From Ophelia neglecta (taxonomy: Eukaryota): 64,000 bases of DNA. The notes under the pieces are model-generated. The model did not search any database. It was not told where the DNA came from and saw only the letters and a list, made by a program, of their open reading frames with translations. The stretch spans positions 72,540,001-72,604,000 of the forward strand of contig OZ260664.1 of assembly GCA_965285935.1 (NCBI GenBank), written 5' to 3'. Below are positions 26,901 through 39,129 of the stretch, piece by piece. Positions within the stretch are counted from its first letter, which is position 1. Each line of letters opens with the position of its first letter. A program made the position numbers and the translations under genes.

Positions 26901-29900
26901 CCCTATTGAAGTCCACACTTACCCTTCCCTGACTTAGTTCACACTTACCCCTTCCCTATCGTTGTCCACACTTACCCTTCCTTGACTTACTTCACATTTA
27001 CCCCTTCCCTATCGTAGTCCACACATTCCATTCCATGATTTATTTCACACTTACCCCTTCCCTATCATAGTCCATTCTTACCCTTTCCTGACTTAGTTCA
27101 CACTTACCCCTTCCCTATTGAAGTCCACAATTACCCTTCCCTGACTTAGTTCACACTTACCCCTTCCCTATTGAAGTCCACACTTACCCTTCCCTGACTA
27201 AGTTCACACTTACCCCTTCCCTATCGTAGTCCACACTTACCCTTCCTTGACTTACTTCACACTTACCCCTTCCCTATCATAGTCCACACATTCCATTCCA
27301 TGACTTATTTCACACTTACCCCTTCCCTATCATAGTCCACTCTTACCGTTCCCTTACTTAGTTCACACTTACCCCTTCCCTATCGTAGTCCACACTTACC
27401 CTTCCTTGACTTACTTCACACTTACCCCTTCCCTATCATAGTCCACACATTCCATTCCATGACTTATTTCACACTTACCCCTTCCCTATCATAGTCCACT
27501 CTTACCGTTCCCTTACTTAGTTCACACTTACCCCTTCCCTATCGTAGTCCACACTTACCCTTCCTTGACTTACTTCACACTTACCCCTTCCCTATCATAG
27601 TCCACACATTCCATTCCATGACTTATTTCACACTTACCCCTTCCCTATCATAGTCCACTCTTACCGTTCCCTTACTTAGTTCACACTTACCCCTTCCCTA
27701 TCGTAGTCCACACTTACCCTTCCTTGACTTACTTCACACTTACCCCTTCCCTATCATAGTCAACACATTCCATTCCATGACTTATTTCACACTTACCCCT
27801 TCCCTATCATAGTCCACTCTTACCGTTCCCTTACTTAGTTCACACTTACCCCTTCCCTATCGAAGTCCACACTTACCCTTCCATGACTTATTTCACACTT
27901 ACCCCTTCCCTATCATAGTCCATTCTTACCGTTCCCTTACTTAGTTCACACTTACCCCTTCCCTGACATAGGACTTGGGGAACCAGCCCTGCTCCCCAGA
28001 GTCCCGCTTTGTGCCTCGTATCCAGCCGTTGGTGTCGGTCTGGTCCTCCAAGTACACCACGTCATTGGGAGACAGCTCTATCTGGTCTGCCGATGACGGG
28101 GAAAAGGGATACATAGCCACATATGTCTTACTGTTTCTTTGTCCTGCAAAAACAATTTTTTCCCTAAGTACTCTTAAGACTAAATATTTTTGGGGGCTTA
28201 CTATTAGTAAATTTTGTTCCAAGCATCAAGACCTATATTGAATATTACTGTAATATACCTTTAGACAATACATTTAATCATATTAGTATGTATGTCTATG
28301 CACACAAAGTTTCCTGAGCTGCCAACAGATGACTTCTTTGGCGGAATCAGTAGTAAATTATTAGCTCAAATAATATAAATTGGCTAAAAATTGCACTAGT
28401 AACTGACCTATTTGGAGGGAGTTGTCCACTGGTAGGTTATACTTGGCAAGAATCACCTCAGTCCTCGAATCTTCATCACCGTCACTATCAAAAGTATCAT
28501 CCTGACTGCTGAGCCGGTCTGAGTGTGTCAGCTCACTTGGCACATCCGATTGGTTGGCATCAGACACATGTCTGTCACCATGAATACCTGATCGGCTGAC
28601 ATCACTAGAGTTTTTCAGTCGTATCTCAGCACCCAAATGTGAAAGTTTGCGTTTAATCAATTGTTTTTCCTCATCCAATAAAGAACTAGGAATATGACTG
28701 TTTCCATCTGGCGAAACTACCAACTCAGGGTCATCACATGTCATTTTAAGTACATTATCACCGCCTGTATGTTCTATGGATGTCTTTTTATTAGGATTGG
28801 TGTCTGCCATACTACTAATAGTGGTTTCATATGGTTTGTTTGGTGTATGGAATCCTTGACTCTCACCTTGACCAACCAGTTGTATTGACTCAAGCTGATT
28901 ATCTTTAACCATGTCCTCGTATGTGGCCCTTGTGGCTTCCTCTTTACTACTACTTCCATCATTGGTGACTTTGGTATTGTCCTGCTGTGAAGGTACTTCA
29001 GACTTTTCTGGCACTCTCTCTCCAGATTGTTCTTCTGTTCCAACTGATAGTCTAGTATCCCGCTCTCTGTGGTCCAGCCTGCTCTCGGCACCACTTCCGT
29101 CTGATTCTTCTGAATCGGGACTACTTTTCCTGACCACAGAAGGAGTGGTGTCATTCTCCGACCCAAACTCCATCACCTGCTCCTGATCGGTCAGGTCAGA
29201 GTCAGAAACAACCATCTTTCCCTTCTCCTTGGCAATTTTTGATTCAAACAATCCCATTTTATTTTCTAAGCTGTTTCTCTTTGAATCATCAGTCTCATCT
29301 TCTATTGAGAATATCTCATTTAAATATCCTGCAGAGGGTCAAAACAACATTGAAACAGCATGATATTTTATTATAAATTAGTAAAACAGCATATAGAAAG
29401 TACAGTTCCTGTATATTTCTAGAGTACTAAAATTAAAAAGATTTTATGTCAAGTAAATATTCATCACTCCAGCCTTTGTTACACCGACCTTGTATGTTTT
29501 GTGTGTCATCTTCCTGTCCACTGACAGCCGATTCTTCATGTTCTTTTATCCATTCTTCATATGATTTAGAATTCCTGTATACTGTGTGGATGAAATATAT
29601 AAAACCATTAATGAAAGAATCAACAGTCTATTCAAGAGAGCTGAAATAGAGTAAGGTCTTTAGTACTTGTGTAGACACTAATAACAGCATATCTACAAAA
29701 TGTATGTGTACAATGTCTCTCAATTGTACAGTCCACTTTGGGAAGAAAGTCTATCTATAAGGCTGCTGAAAACAAGAAACTGATCCTTGTATATTCAAAC
29801 TATGTCTAGTATTGCCCATATGTGGACCACCTCAATAATAACTACTCATTGCATCCACCAATCATTACTATCCCTAACAGCTGTTTCAATCATAGTAAAT

Positions 29901-32900
29901 AGCTTAAAATTAGATGTGCAGTGGTATTTATGGCATTGTTTATGCTTGTTTTCCTGTCAGAATATTTTGATTTATCTTTCCTGCACCGATCACTAAATTG
30001 ATAAATCCATACCTGCTTTTTTGGTTGGAGTATTGGCATTCGCAATATCTTCTTCATTGTCCAATATCAATGAGTTTGAAACTGGTATGAAAACAAAATG
30101 GGACTTTTAATATTTGTTTAAAGCATGAAGATCAATTGGTCCAACTATAACTTTTTACTTTAATCTATTGTTAAAGTCCTATAAAAGAAATTGTGGACTT
30201 ATTTCATGTTTCTATGCAAAAACAATCAGTCAATTCATAATCCTTATTCACAAGTATATAAGTAGGATTATACTATTATTAAACATTTACTGTACTCAAA
30301 ACTTCTTCAATAATAATGCATAATATCATTTAACTATTAGTTTACAGCAAATACTATCAACAATTTATAATTAGTTAAATATAATATTAGTATTAGTATA
30401 GTTTAAATTATAATTTCCAAACCATCAATTTTCTTGACAAATCCGGATGGGAACCACCCTTCCTTGTCATCGATGATGCCCCTCCACCAGCCGTCTGGCA
30501 TCTTGTCGACCACTTCCACAAACCTGCCGGTCTGTAAGGTGAGCTGGTTCTCATCCTCAGCCTTGTGGTAATGTCTCACCACATAGAGCTCGGCACCTGG
30601 AACACAACACAGCATAATTGGTAAAGAATAGCACACCAAGCTACAAAAAATACACTGCCTGACCCTAGGAAGAGAACAGGAAATTGTGGTAAAAGAGTAG
30701 AGGAATGGTATGAGTAAAAAAACAATATCACCCAGAACACAGGGAAACAAGATGAAAAGTAAATTAAAACTAGGTATAAATAATCCTCTCATGGATGGAG
30801 TAACACATAGCCTATTTGGGCTTGGAGACTGACCATTAAGAATTAAGGACTGGAAGACATCTATATAGTCAAAATCAGATTCATTTAAACACTTGCCATG
30901 ACATATTTGTACATGTACATGTGATGTAGGTTTATCAAGAGTACAGTTCACTTCACTATACAGTACATATACATGTAGGTAAGAAGATTGTTAAAAAATA
31001 AATGCACACTACAATTGGACACAGAATTTAAAAATCATGTTCTATGAAGTACTAAGGCATAATAATATGCTTGTTTTTATCAAAGGATATTTGCTTCATA
31101 AAGATAAATAATCCATACTCCTGTACTCAACGCTGTATACCGCCATTAAGGGAACTGTGAGGCCACCGAGGATAGAGCTGAACAAGCCTGCGTGCTACCC
31201 CAGTGGTTAGGTAATGGCCTCAACAATTGCCCAATCATTGGTATAGACCAATATCTAAATGTCTCTATTATGTATGACAAGAGGCACTTTAAATCACTTG
31301 AAATTACATCACTCGTGGGGTGAAAAATATACTTTTATTGCAATTTGATGAGGAACATGGATATTAAATCATTGCCTGTCAAATCAGTTATGTTTTGTGA
31401 CATTTCTATTATCAAAGTATCTGTCAGGCATCAAATCTGGGACTTTTTTTAGTGAAATTTTTAGCCTAACTGATGAAACATTCAAAAGCTTATTTTTGTG
31501 TAAAAGACTGCAATGTTATGCTGTTGGGTCAGCATACAATTAGGTATTGGTCATTATCAAGTATGGTAATTAACTCCATATATATTAATTATAAATGTTT
31601 AAAGATGCCTTAATCAAATTATGGCATAATACTAAATGATTATTTTACAATTAATATGTATAAAGTCCAGAACTATATTATGCAACAGTTTGTCAGAAAG
31701 TCACTACTGTAGAGGATAATATTTTGAATGTATTAATTCTTTGCAAGGTTGTGAGACTGTCAATTTTGCAGTTGAGTGGTGAGTTTTTCAGCTTTAAAAA
31801 AATTATGCTTTTAAAACCTACCTTCCCTACTGGGCTGTCTGACCAGGATGTGAGAAATCTTTTTGTCTCTGAGAATTCCGTTGATTGGAACTCTCCCATT
31901 GCGTTCTCTCTTTTCAATTTTCTGGATATCCGACTGCGCAAAAGAAGACAAAACATATATTTAATAAATTTATAGTTTTCACATTGTAAATATGATAATA
32001 ATATCCATATTTGACTAAATATTCATTTTATGTATCACTTCTGTAATTCATATGATAACCATGGTAGCTATTTCATAATAAGAGCCACTTAACATAATTG
32101 TCACCGCCTTGTTTGTCTAGACGACCAAGAAGCTTATGGTTGATTAACTAATTAATTAACAGTCAACCTGACTGCAGTACCTCCACATATATCTGAATTG
32201 AAATACTCTGTATCCCTTGATGAGATGGCATGAATAGCTAGGAAGTGCTTAAGAATTCTGATGTGTCACAAGTTGCTGGGAATAATGAGAAAGAAGATTG
32301 AGTGGAGGCTGGGACTTCTCCAAAATAATATTATTTGTCTTTAATGGGACTCTTTGATTGAATTCAAGCATCTAGTGTGGGTAATACCCTGTCATCAGAC
32401 TTAATGTTTTGTATAATAGTCATTTTAAACCATCATTATTTCTACAGCTTCTGTGACAGCAACCAACATCAACCAATAATGTGCAATTTACCAACCCATT
32501 GAAAAGAGAACATAAAAATTTAAATCAAATAAATCTTTAGCAAACTATACGAAAAAAGGAATAAAGTTTACTGATAGAACACTTAAATAGCATACACCAG
32601 CTGCTATCAACTGGCTGCTGAGATTCAATCTTTGAGTATTGGGTGATCACTTTTGTATCCTCATGTTCACCTTTGATATCAACCATAAACGGCTCTAGAT
32701 CTGAACAGGATAAAAACTCTTTAATCTAAATATTTATATTCATAATAGTACAGAACAAAACATGAGTAGGTCTTGCTTTACTGCTTCTCAAATGTTTTTT
32801 ACTTCATCTATATACTGTGTATATAGCATAAAGTATTAAAATGATAACCTATACATGAATATCTATAACTAGCTACTTTCAAATTCCTTTTGGTGTTTGT

Positions 32901-34045
32901 CACCAGGGTTAATGCATTTTAAAAGGTATGTTTCCTACCTACTTGGTTTTTTAGATGGGAGCATAGTTTATTGTCAAGCTACCTTGGTAAATGACAGTCT
33001 GGCATTGACAATACACACCACTGTGTGCCAGGTAATACTTGTGTGCCTAAACTGTCACCACAATCAGTATTTATCATTTTAAGACTATCAATTTTTAATC
33101 AAGTCTAGACCTGTCTACTGGGGGTTCATGCATCTTCCCTTAACACATGCTTGTGCAGATGTCCCAATCTTTTGATAAATATTTCCCATGCTATTGCCAT
33201 ATATAGGACACCCATACGAACACTGTGAATAGCACCATCAGATTGTTAAATTCTAACCAAACACTGTAAAACCTGTGTTTTGAGAGATATTGTGAGCCTG
33301 ACAATGGTTGAGGGCATCCCATGCAGCATGGACTTCACACAGCAATGTCTAAAATAACATGTTATGTGAATTATAGAATGGCGTTATACTTTTAAACCAT
33401 TTGCTGCCATTCATGGCACTGGATACCAAAATGTATGGTGTTAATGGCCAGCCCATTTCAACAAATAAATTCTATAAGAAGAATTGTAGATGAGAATTCG
33501 GGAATCTTAAAGGGCTGACTTGAATGACAGTGTGAGGTAGTTTAAATGTGAGGGGTCATCCTTTGTAAGTGTCATGATAATAATCAGCTTCCCCAATGGA
33601 CCTCTTTCAGGTGAACAAAGTCTAGTCAAATTAACCCAGATGGACACATACCCAGGTACTTGGCATTCAGAAAATTGGAGAACTCAGTTTATTCAAGACT
33701 TACACTAAAGTACCTTAATTGTTTTCAAATACAAGGTAGGCCTACTTGTGAATAAAATTATACTGAAAATGATCTCTCTAGCTTCTTGGACCACCATCTT
33801 AAGTAACACTCTATGATTAGAATTAAGACATGTAGCAATATTAAGTGTATGTACATAGAACACATTTAAAATATTTAATGTGTTTTACACTTATTTTTAC
33901 AGTTTTGTATAAAAAAAAAGTCACAATTGAAGTGCTCTTTATTCAGTTGAATCATGTCACATAGTTGGCCACCTATCATGATTTCCTGTTGTCACCAATG
34001 CCTTGATCACATGTGTCTGGGATGACTAATAGAGGCTCAAAAGTC

Positions 34046-34077
<32 letters not shown>

Positions 34078-37000
34078 ATAGCTACAACAGTTCATCATTC
34101 CTGCTGAGAAGCAGAACTGAGAGCATATTGTGCCAGAACAAAACCCCATCAAATTCTGTGAGACTAGCTGTTAAGTGTCCTTTGCACTCCAGTTACTACA
34201 AGGAACAAGGGCCAAGGGTTTCACCTCCTTTAAATAATATTAACATTTTCCTCCTGATATTTCACCAGGCTTCATTTAATTTGTTCAGGAGTCAGTCAGC
34301 ATGATTTGTGTAAAGTTTACATATTATAAGGTCATCACTGTATGTAAAGTAGTACACATGTGCTTCATATGTACAGTTTCATCCTGATCAAATGATTTAT
34401 TCTTTAATTTCACTGTAACCTGATGAGAACAGTATAGTTTTCATTGAAATTATAAAAGGCAGAGGAGCAAGGTAGCTACATACACCATCAACTCTCTATA
34501 GAAAACGATGTCTTGGTTAGAGCGTGACTTCCTTTACAAAGGGTGTTTTTCCACTGAAGAGACCACAAAGCTAAAATTTATGAAAAAAGGGAACCTTTTT
34601 GTAGCCATCCAGATGGAGGAATGTAGGAATTTGCCTTTCATAGAAAAGAAGGGCAAACGTGAAAGTTGCACAAGTGCTGAACTTGGAAAATGTAAAATTC
34701 AATGGTACCAGAGGGGTGTTTCATAAAAGTTGGGATGGTCTTGCCAAATGAACAGCTTTAACTGGCTTCTGTTAGCTGTCTAAAATACAACCTAGATAAC
34801 TTACTTTAATAGCCAGGGCTGTCTTAAGCCAAAGCTTATTTCGGATTCAGCTAATATATTATTGAGATTAGGAAGATTTCACTAACAACACTTGAGCTAA
34901 ACTATCATTCATTGTACCTACAGTTGTTTAAAATTTATTTTGTCTATTATAGAAGTCATATAGATACATGTAGGTACTGGCTTAAATCCTAGCAACAGAA
35001 ATCATGAGATGGCTAACTGGCTGCAGGGCTAGGATGTACAGCTTAGTACGCTAAAGCTTAAGAGTTTGAGCTTAGTCCTACCCAGCTTAGCTTTATGAAA
35101 CGTTTAACCTGGTTAATATAAATTTAGCTGAAATTTTAGCTGGCTAACCACTTAACCAACTTTTATGAAAACTGCCATTTGGAGATAAGATTCTTCACAT
35201 ATGACATCTTAGACAATAAAATGAAATATATATATATGTACTACTAGAGTTGGCTTTCATACACCAGTAGGTAATGAGCTATTACAATTGATTAAGTCTT
35301 ATCAGGTCAAATATATTAATTTCATATAACAATGGCAGGGACAATGACTTTCAGGGTCATTGTGATCACTGATAACAGTAATCTGACCTTAACAGCAGAT
35401 TTACAGTATTTTTGGACAAAAATCTTTAAAAAATTTATTAAACTCAAATAATGTTCCTTTCATGCCCTATTGATACAAAAAAAAAACTCATGGGCAAAAA
35501 GAAACTGAAATGCTAAATTAGATTCCATAATTTTCAGTTTGTTTCACAGAACAGTAACCTACTTCGCAAAACTCATCAGTTAAATTTAAACATTTGTGAA
35601 TTTTTGAATGTATCATGATCTCAGATGACATCACCTCATTAAAAAAAATTCCAGAATCCTTTTTAACTGAAAAACCCATATAATAGGTGTGTCCATGAAC
35701 AAAATGATTCAATATCAGTCACCTAAACCTCATGTTTTCTTCAATCTTTTTGGTAACAGCCACATGTACATGTAGCTCTGCTTTGGTTACAAACAATTAC
35801 CATCAATGTGGAGTATCCATAGGTCATCTTTACTCCTTAACATTATTATTCATAACCCTATTAATGTCTTAGTGGTAATTAACCTTATGTTTAATTAATG
35901 CTTTTTAAGACCACTACAATGCTAAGATGAGATGGTTTAATGAGCTGTGTGGACAGAGGACAGCTGCTGTGGACAGGACAGTGTTTTTACAGACTATCAA
36001 GCAAGCTGGTACACCATCGTCAGATGTCCTAACATCATGTATCTCTTTTGGACTGTCATGTTTGATAACTCACACAGAATATATTGTTTCTTTTCCCAAC
36101 ATTTTTGTTCCAAAGACATGATTAACTGAGATATACTTGAACTACAATTTGATATTATTTATCTAGAACAAACTTAGTGTGTCTGACAATAAATGAAGTA
36201 CAAAGGTGTACCCTTGAAAGCTGATGTGATTTTTTTCTCTGTAATAAACAGGAACTTATTATTACAAAATTAATAGTTGTACCCATTAAGAACAATTTCA
36301 TAGTATTGTTAAGCCCAACAGAGATATTTCCACTGGGAATTCTGTATGAAAGACTGTGATGTTATTGGCAAGGTAACAGGACTTATAAATGCAGAAATAT
36401 AATGTAGTTTTGATGACTATGGTGTTATGACATAGCATGACCAACTGTCCAATGAAAACTAATAATCTAATATATTGAAAATTCAAATAATTATGATCTG
36501 ATAATATTGCAAAGACCATCAATTGTATGCATATAAATATATACAGGTATATACATATACTGCATTGTATTTCTTTCATTTGCATAGAAATTATTATATA
36601 TGTATAGTATTATATACGGCCAGGATATGTAACATGTTGTGTTATTTAGCTGAAGAACATTTTCATATTGAAAGACATATATGACATATATTAAAAAAAC
36701 CTACAAGTTATGATACACTGAGCATAAACAACAGATAGCTACATTATAAGGGTGTTTCCATGCAAGCAAAACATATAGAGTCTATTTCTACACAGGATGT
36801 GTCTGCATACATATAAAAGTATGTCTCCCTACATAAAAGATGCAGTTTTAAGAAGTACTAAAATATATTTGTACACTTCGCACGGCAGGGCTTTGAGAAT
36901 TAGAGACATGAATAGAGCTAAACTTTGAAAGGTACAAATTAAGCTTTAAATATCTTCTCTAGTGGCTGACCATGAGAAGTTTAAAATTGGACATCATAGA

Positions 37001-39129
37001 CAGGTGGTGTGAGGAGATTTCTATTATCCATTTGTAAAAGGCAACTACACCTCTTTTAAACATCTACTGTGATTAAAAATAAGTATAAATCAGTAAATAA
37101 TTGTCATGATAGACTTGATAATTGTGATATATTTGCTACTAAATAATAAAACATACAGCAAGTTACTCCTTTTTAAAAAAATTCCAAAAAATGTAATAAT
37201 ACCAGTAAAACATTCCCCATTATTCAGTAATCATCAGTTAAAACTCATCCTGACCACCCATGGTTAGTATTCATTAAAAAGTAAGTTGGAACTCTTATGT
37301 CATGAAGGCCAAAGAGTGATGTCATATTCCACATAAACATGATGTCACTTTCTAGCATCCATGACATCAGATGTCCCATAATGTTTTTTAACTGTCTATT
37401 TATATCTTTGCAGCAATTATAGTATAAATCACAAGTCATTAAAAACAAAAAAATGAGATGAACAATCTAATGAACTAAAAAAGTATGTCAAGGTCATGAG
37501 AAGTAAGCTCTAGCAAGCCATCTACCCTGGGAATATACATGTTAAACATAATGGTTCAACATTTCACTGAAACCACATGAGGAATTACTGAATTATAAGT
37601 TCAGGCATTAATTGAGTATATAACTTGCTGGTGGGCACAGATAAGGAGGCCAGAAGTCATGGAACCCTGACCTAACCTGTAGATATAGCTACCCAAGAGA
37701 TATGAAATATCATTTTCACATAAAGTTTTATGCACCTGGAAATGACTGGAACAGACTGAAAACCATTTCTATTTGCCCGTTGACATCATATTTGTGACAT
37801 TGAGGATATCTCTCTTTTTCCCCCGGTGGGACCCTTCATCAGGCCTTCCAGTTAAATAGCATGTATGTGTAAAATTGATAAATAAATCTTTGCCAAGGTA
37901 AAAACTTCATACATTTCCCTTGCCATACATTGCACAGTAGAAGAGTATTATGTCACAATGACATAATAAATCTTTGAAGAGATCCCGTTGTTTTTTCTAA
38001 TTTCGCACATACATGTAGTGAGTGTAGTACTGGCTTCGAGGACAGCATGCTCGTAAAGCATAGAGGTTTTATTAGTGATATGGAGGAGACCTGCAGGACA
38101 GTAGTCTATTGACCTTAGTCTATAGAATGTTATCCCCACTCATGGGGGCTTATTAACCAGTACATGTATAGATATTTTACTCCCTGTGCCTTGCTGCCGA
38201 GATGATGACCTCTAACTAATATCTACCTTTCTGGATCTTTTCTTTTTCCAACAGATGAAGAAGATGAGCAGTCCCACTAAGATCAGGAAAAGTATGGCCA
38301 CAGGAATGCCTATAGCTAACCCTAAATTTACTCCACTGGAGTCTGAAAAAAAAATCTTAGCATTAGTAAAAAAAACATACATGTATAAATTAATCAGACC
38401 ATAACAGCCTCCAGTCAAATGTTGAACCTCCTATATTTCATTTGAGGTGAACAGCAACATATACCCATTAATAAACCTAACAGGGAGACAGCAGTGCAGG
38501 ACAATGTACTAATATTTTATGATAATATCTGTATTCCGACTGTCTACATTTGAAAATCAGGTATTATCCAAAATACAAAAGATAAATTGTTCATTTGTCA
38601 ATTTCATTGGCTACATTATAATATCACCTACCACTTAACATTAATAACATAACATTTTTTGTAATAATTCAACTCTACTCCTTGAAGAGGCTGTGAGTGA
38701 AAAGTTAGCGTCAGGTAATAAATACTTGTATGAGAAATAGTTCTAATATTTTTTATGAGACACAGGATATCAATTATTTGTTTAGGGTGTCAGATTCTTA
38801 CCAGCAGGGGCCACAGTTGTTCCCACCAGCCCATTGTTCTGAGAACCATCCCCAGATGATGGGGAGTCATTCAAGGGCACACCAACAGGTGGTGCTACTG
38901 ATGTTGTGGCTGCCATGGTAACACTGTCTTTTTCTCCCTGTGGCACAAAGTCTCCACCTTGGGATAGAACTGCACCACCAGTAGTGGGATCTGTACTCCT
39001 GGTGGTCAATTTGGGGTTTATTCCTCCTCCATTTACAAGGGGAGCCACCGTTGTATCCATTGGCCCTTCAGCACTCTCCATAGCAACACCACCTCCATCA
39101 GGTGGCTTTTGAGAAGTGGTCGTAGACAT
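20937..39129 (-). CDS. Single-pass membrane protein with three SH3 domains, proline-rich region and C-terminal PDZ ligand (~1708 aa); join(39129..38802,38342..38227,31933..31822,30596..30423,30081..30013,29581..29489,29328..28408,28143..27956,26222..26135,25233..25079,24873..24780,24564..21930,21509..21452,21032..20937)
   Basis: 14 exons with GT-AG boundaries and consistent phases (5127 nt, open). The SH3-to-C-terminus part is strongly supported. Joining the two TM-region exons across the 6.3-kb intron is phase-compatible (0/0) but inferred. Confidence 0.72.
21930..24564 (-). CDS. Large proline/serine-rich disordered exon (~878 aa)
   Basis: 871-aa ORF with many PxxP motifs (RPTRPAPPVP, RPRVPPPRPP, PPPLPPKP, PPLRPKAPPKR); flanked by tttcag| and ag|gtaggc. 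Confidence 0.9.
25079..25233 (-). CDS. SH3 domain 3 exon
   Basis: YQVLYPYTGQQEGDLTLSPDDLVVVLEMLENGWWRGCSRGKEGWFPGTYVE. Confidence 0.94.
26450..27972. repeat. Intronic 26/27-bp tandem array built from the SH3-2 exon/intron donor junction; 53-bp dimer and 159-bp higher-order period
   Basis: Plus-strand units cacacttaccccttccctatcatagtc / cacacttacccttccctgacttagtt; ttccttgacttacttc recurs at 27243, 27402, 27561, 27720. Confidence 0.95.
27956..28143 (-). CDS. SH3 domain 2 exon
   Basis: YVAMYPFSPSSADQIELSPNDVVYLEDQTDTNGWIRGTKRDSGEQGWFPKSYV. Confidence 0.93.
28408..29328 (-). CDS. Acidic/Ser-rich linker exon between SH3-1 and SH3-2
   Basis: 921-nt open phase 1-1 exon with GT-AG ends, low complexity. 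Confidence 0.85.
30423..30596 (-). CDS. SH3 domain 1 exon
   Basis: YVVRHYHKAEDENQLTLQTGRFVEVVDKMPDGWWRGIIDDKEGWFPSGFVKK; GWW...GWFP SH3 signature. Confidence 0.93.
34047..34079. repeat. (TA)n microsatellite
   Basis: atatacatatatatatatatatatatatataca. Confidence 0.9.
34719..35170. mobile_element. Candidate MITE (non-autonomous DNA transposon)
   Basis: 15-bp inverted termini tttcataaaagttgg (34719-34733) and ccaacttttatgaaa (35156-35170) around ~420 bp of non-coding sequence rich in agct/ttagc. Confidence 0.45.
38227..38342 (-). CDS. Transmembrane exon
   Basis: DSSGVNLGLAIGIPVAILFLILVGLLIFFICWKKKRSRK: hydrophobic helix followed by a basic stop-transfer cluster; tttcag| acceptor, aag|gtagat donor. 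Confidence 0.85.
38802..39129 (-). CDS. Thr/Gly/Pro-rich N-terminal (putative extracellular) exon
   Basis: MSTTTSQKPPDGGG...TTVAPA; in-frame stop 9 codons upstream of the ATG; donor gct g|gtaaga. Confidence 0.7.

Noticed and set aside
16010-27972. CRISPR-like appearance of the two tandem arrays
   Set aside because: Head-to-tail units with no unique spacers, no cas genes, eukaryotic context.
32595-32700. Exon-like stretch DLEPFMVDIKGEHEDTKVITQY in the SH3 gene intron
   Set aside because: Open only with phase-1 entry, incompatible with the flanking phase-0 junction in my model; left unplaced.
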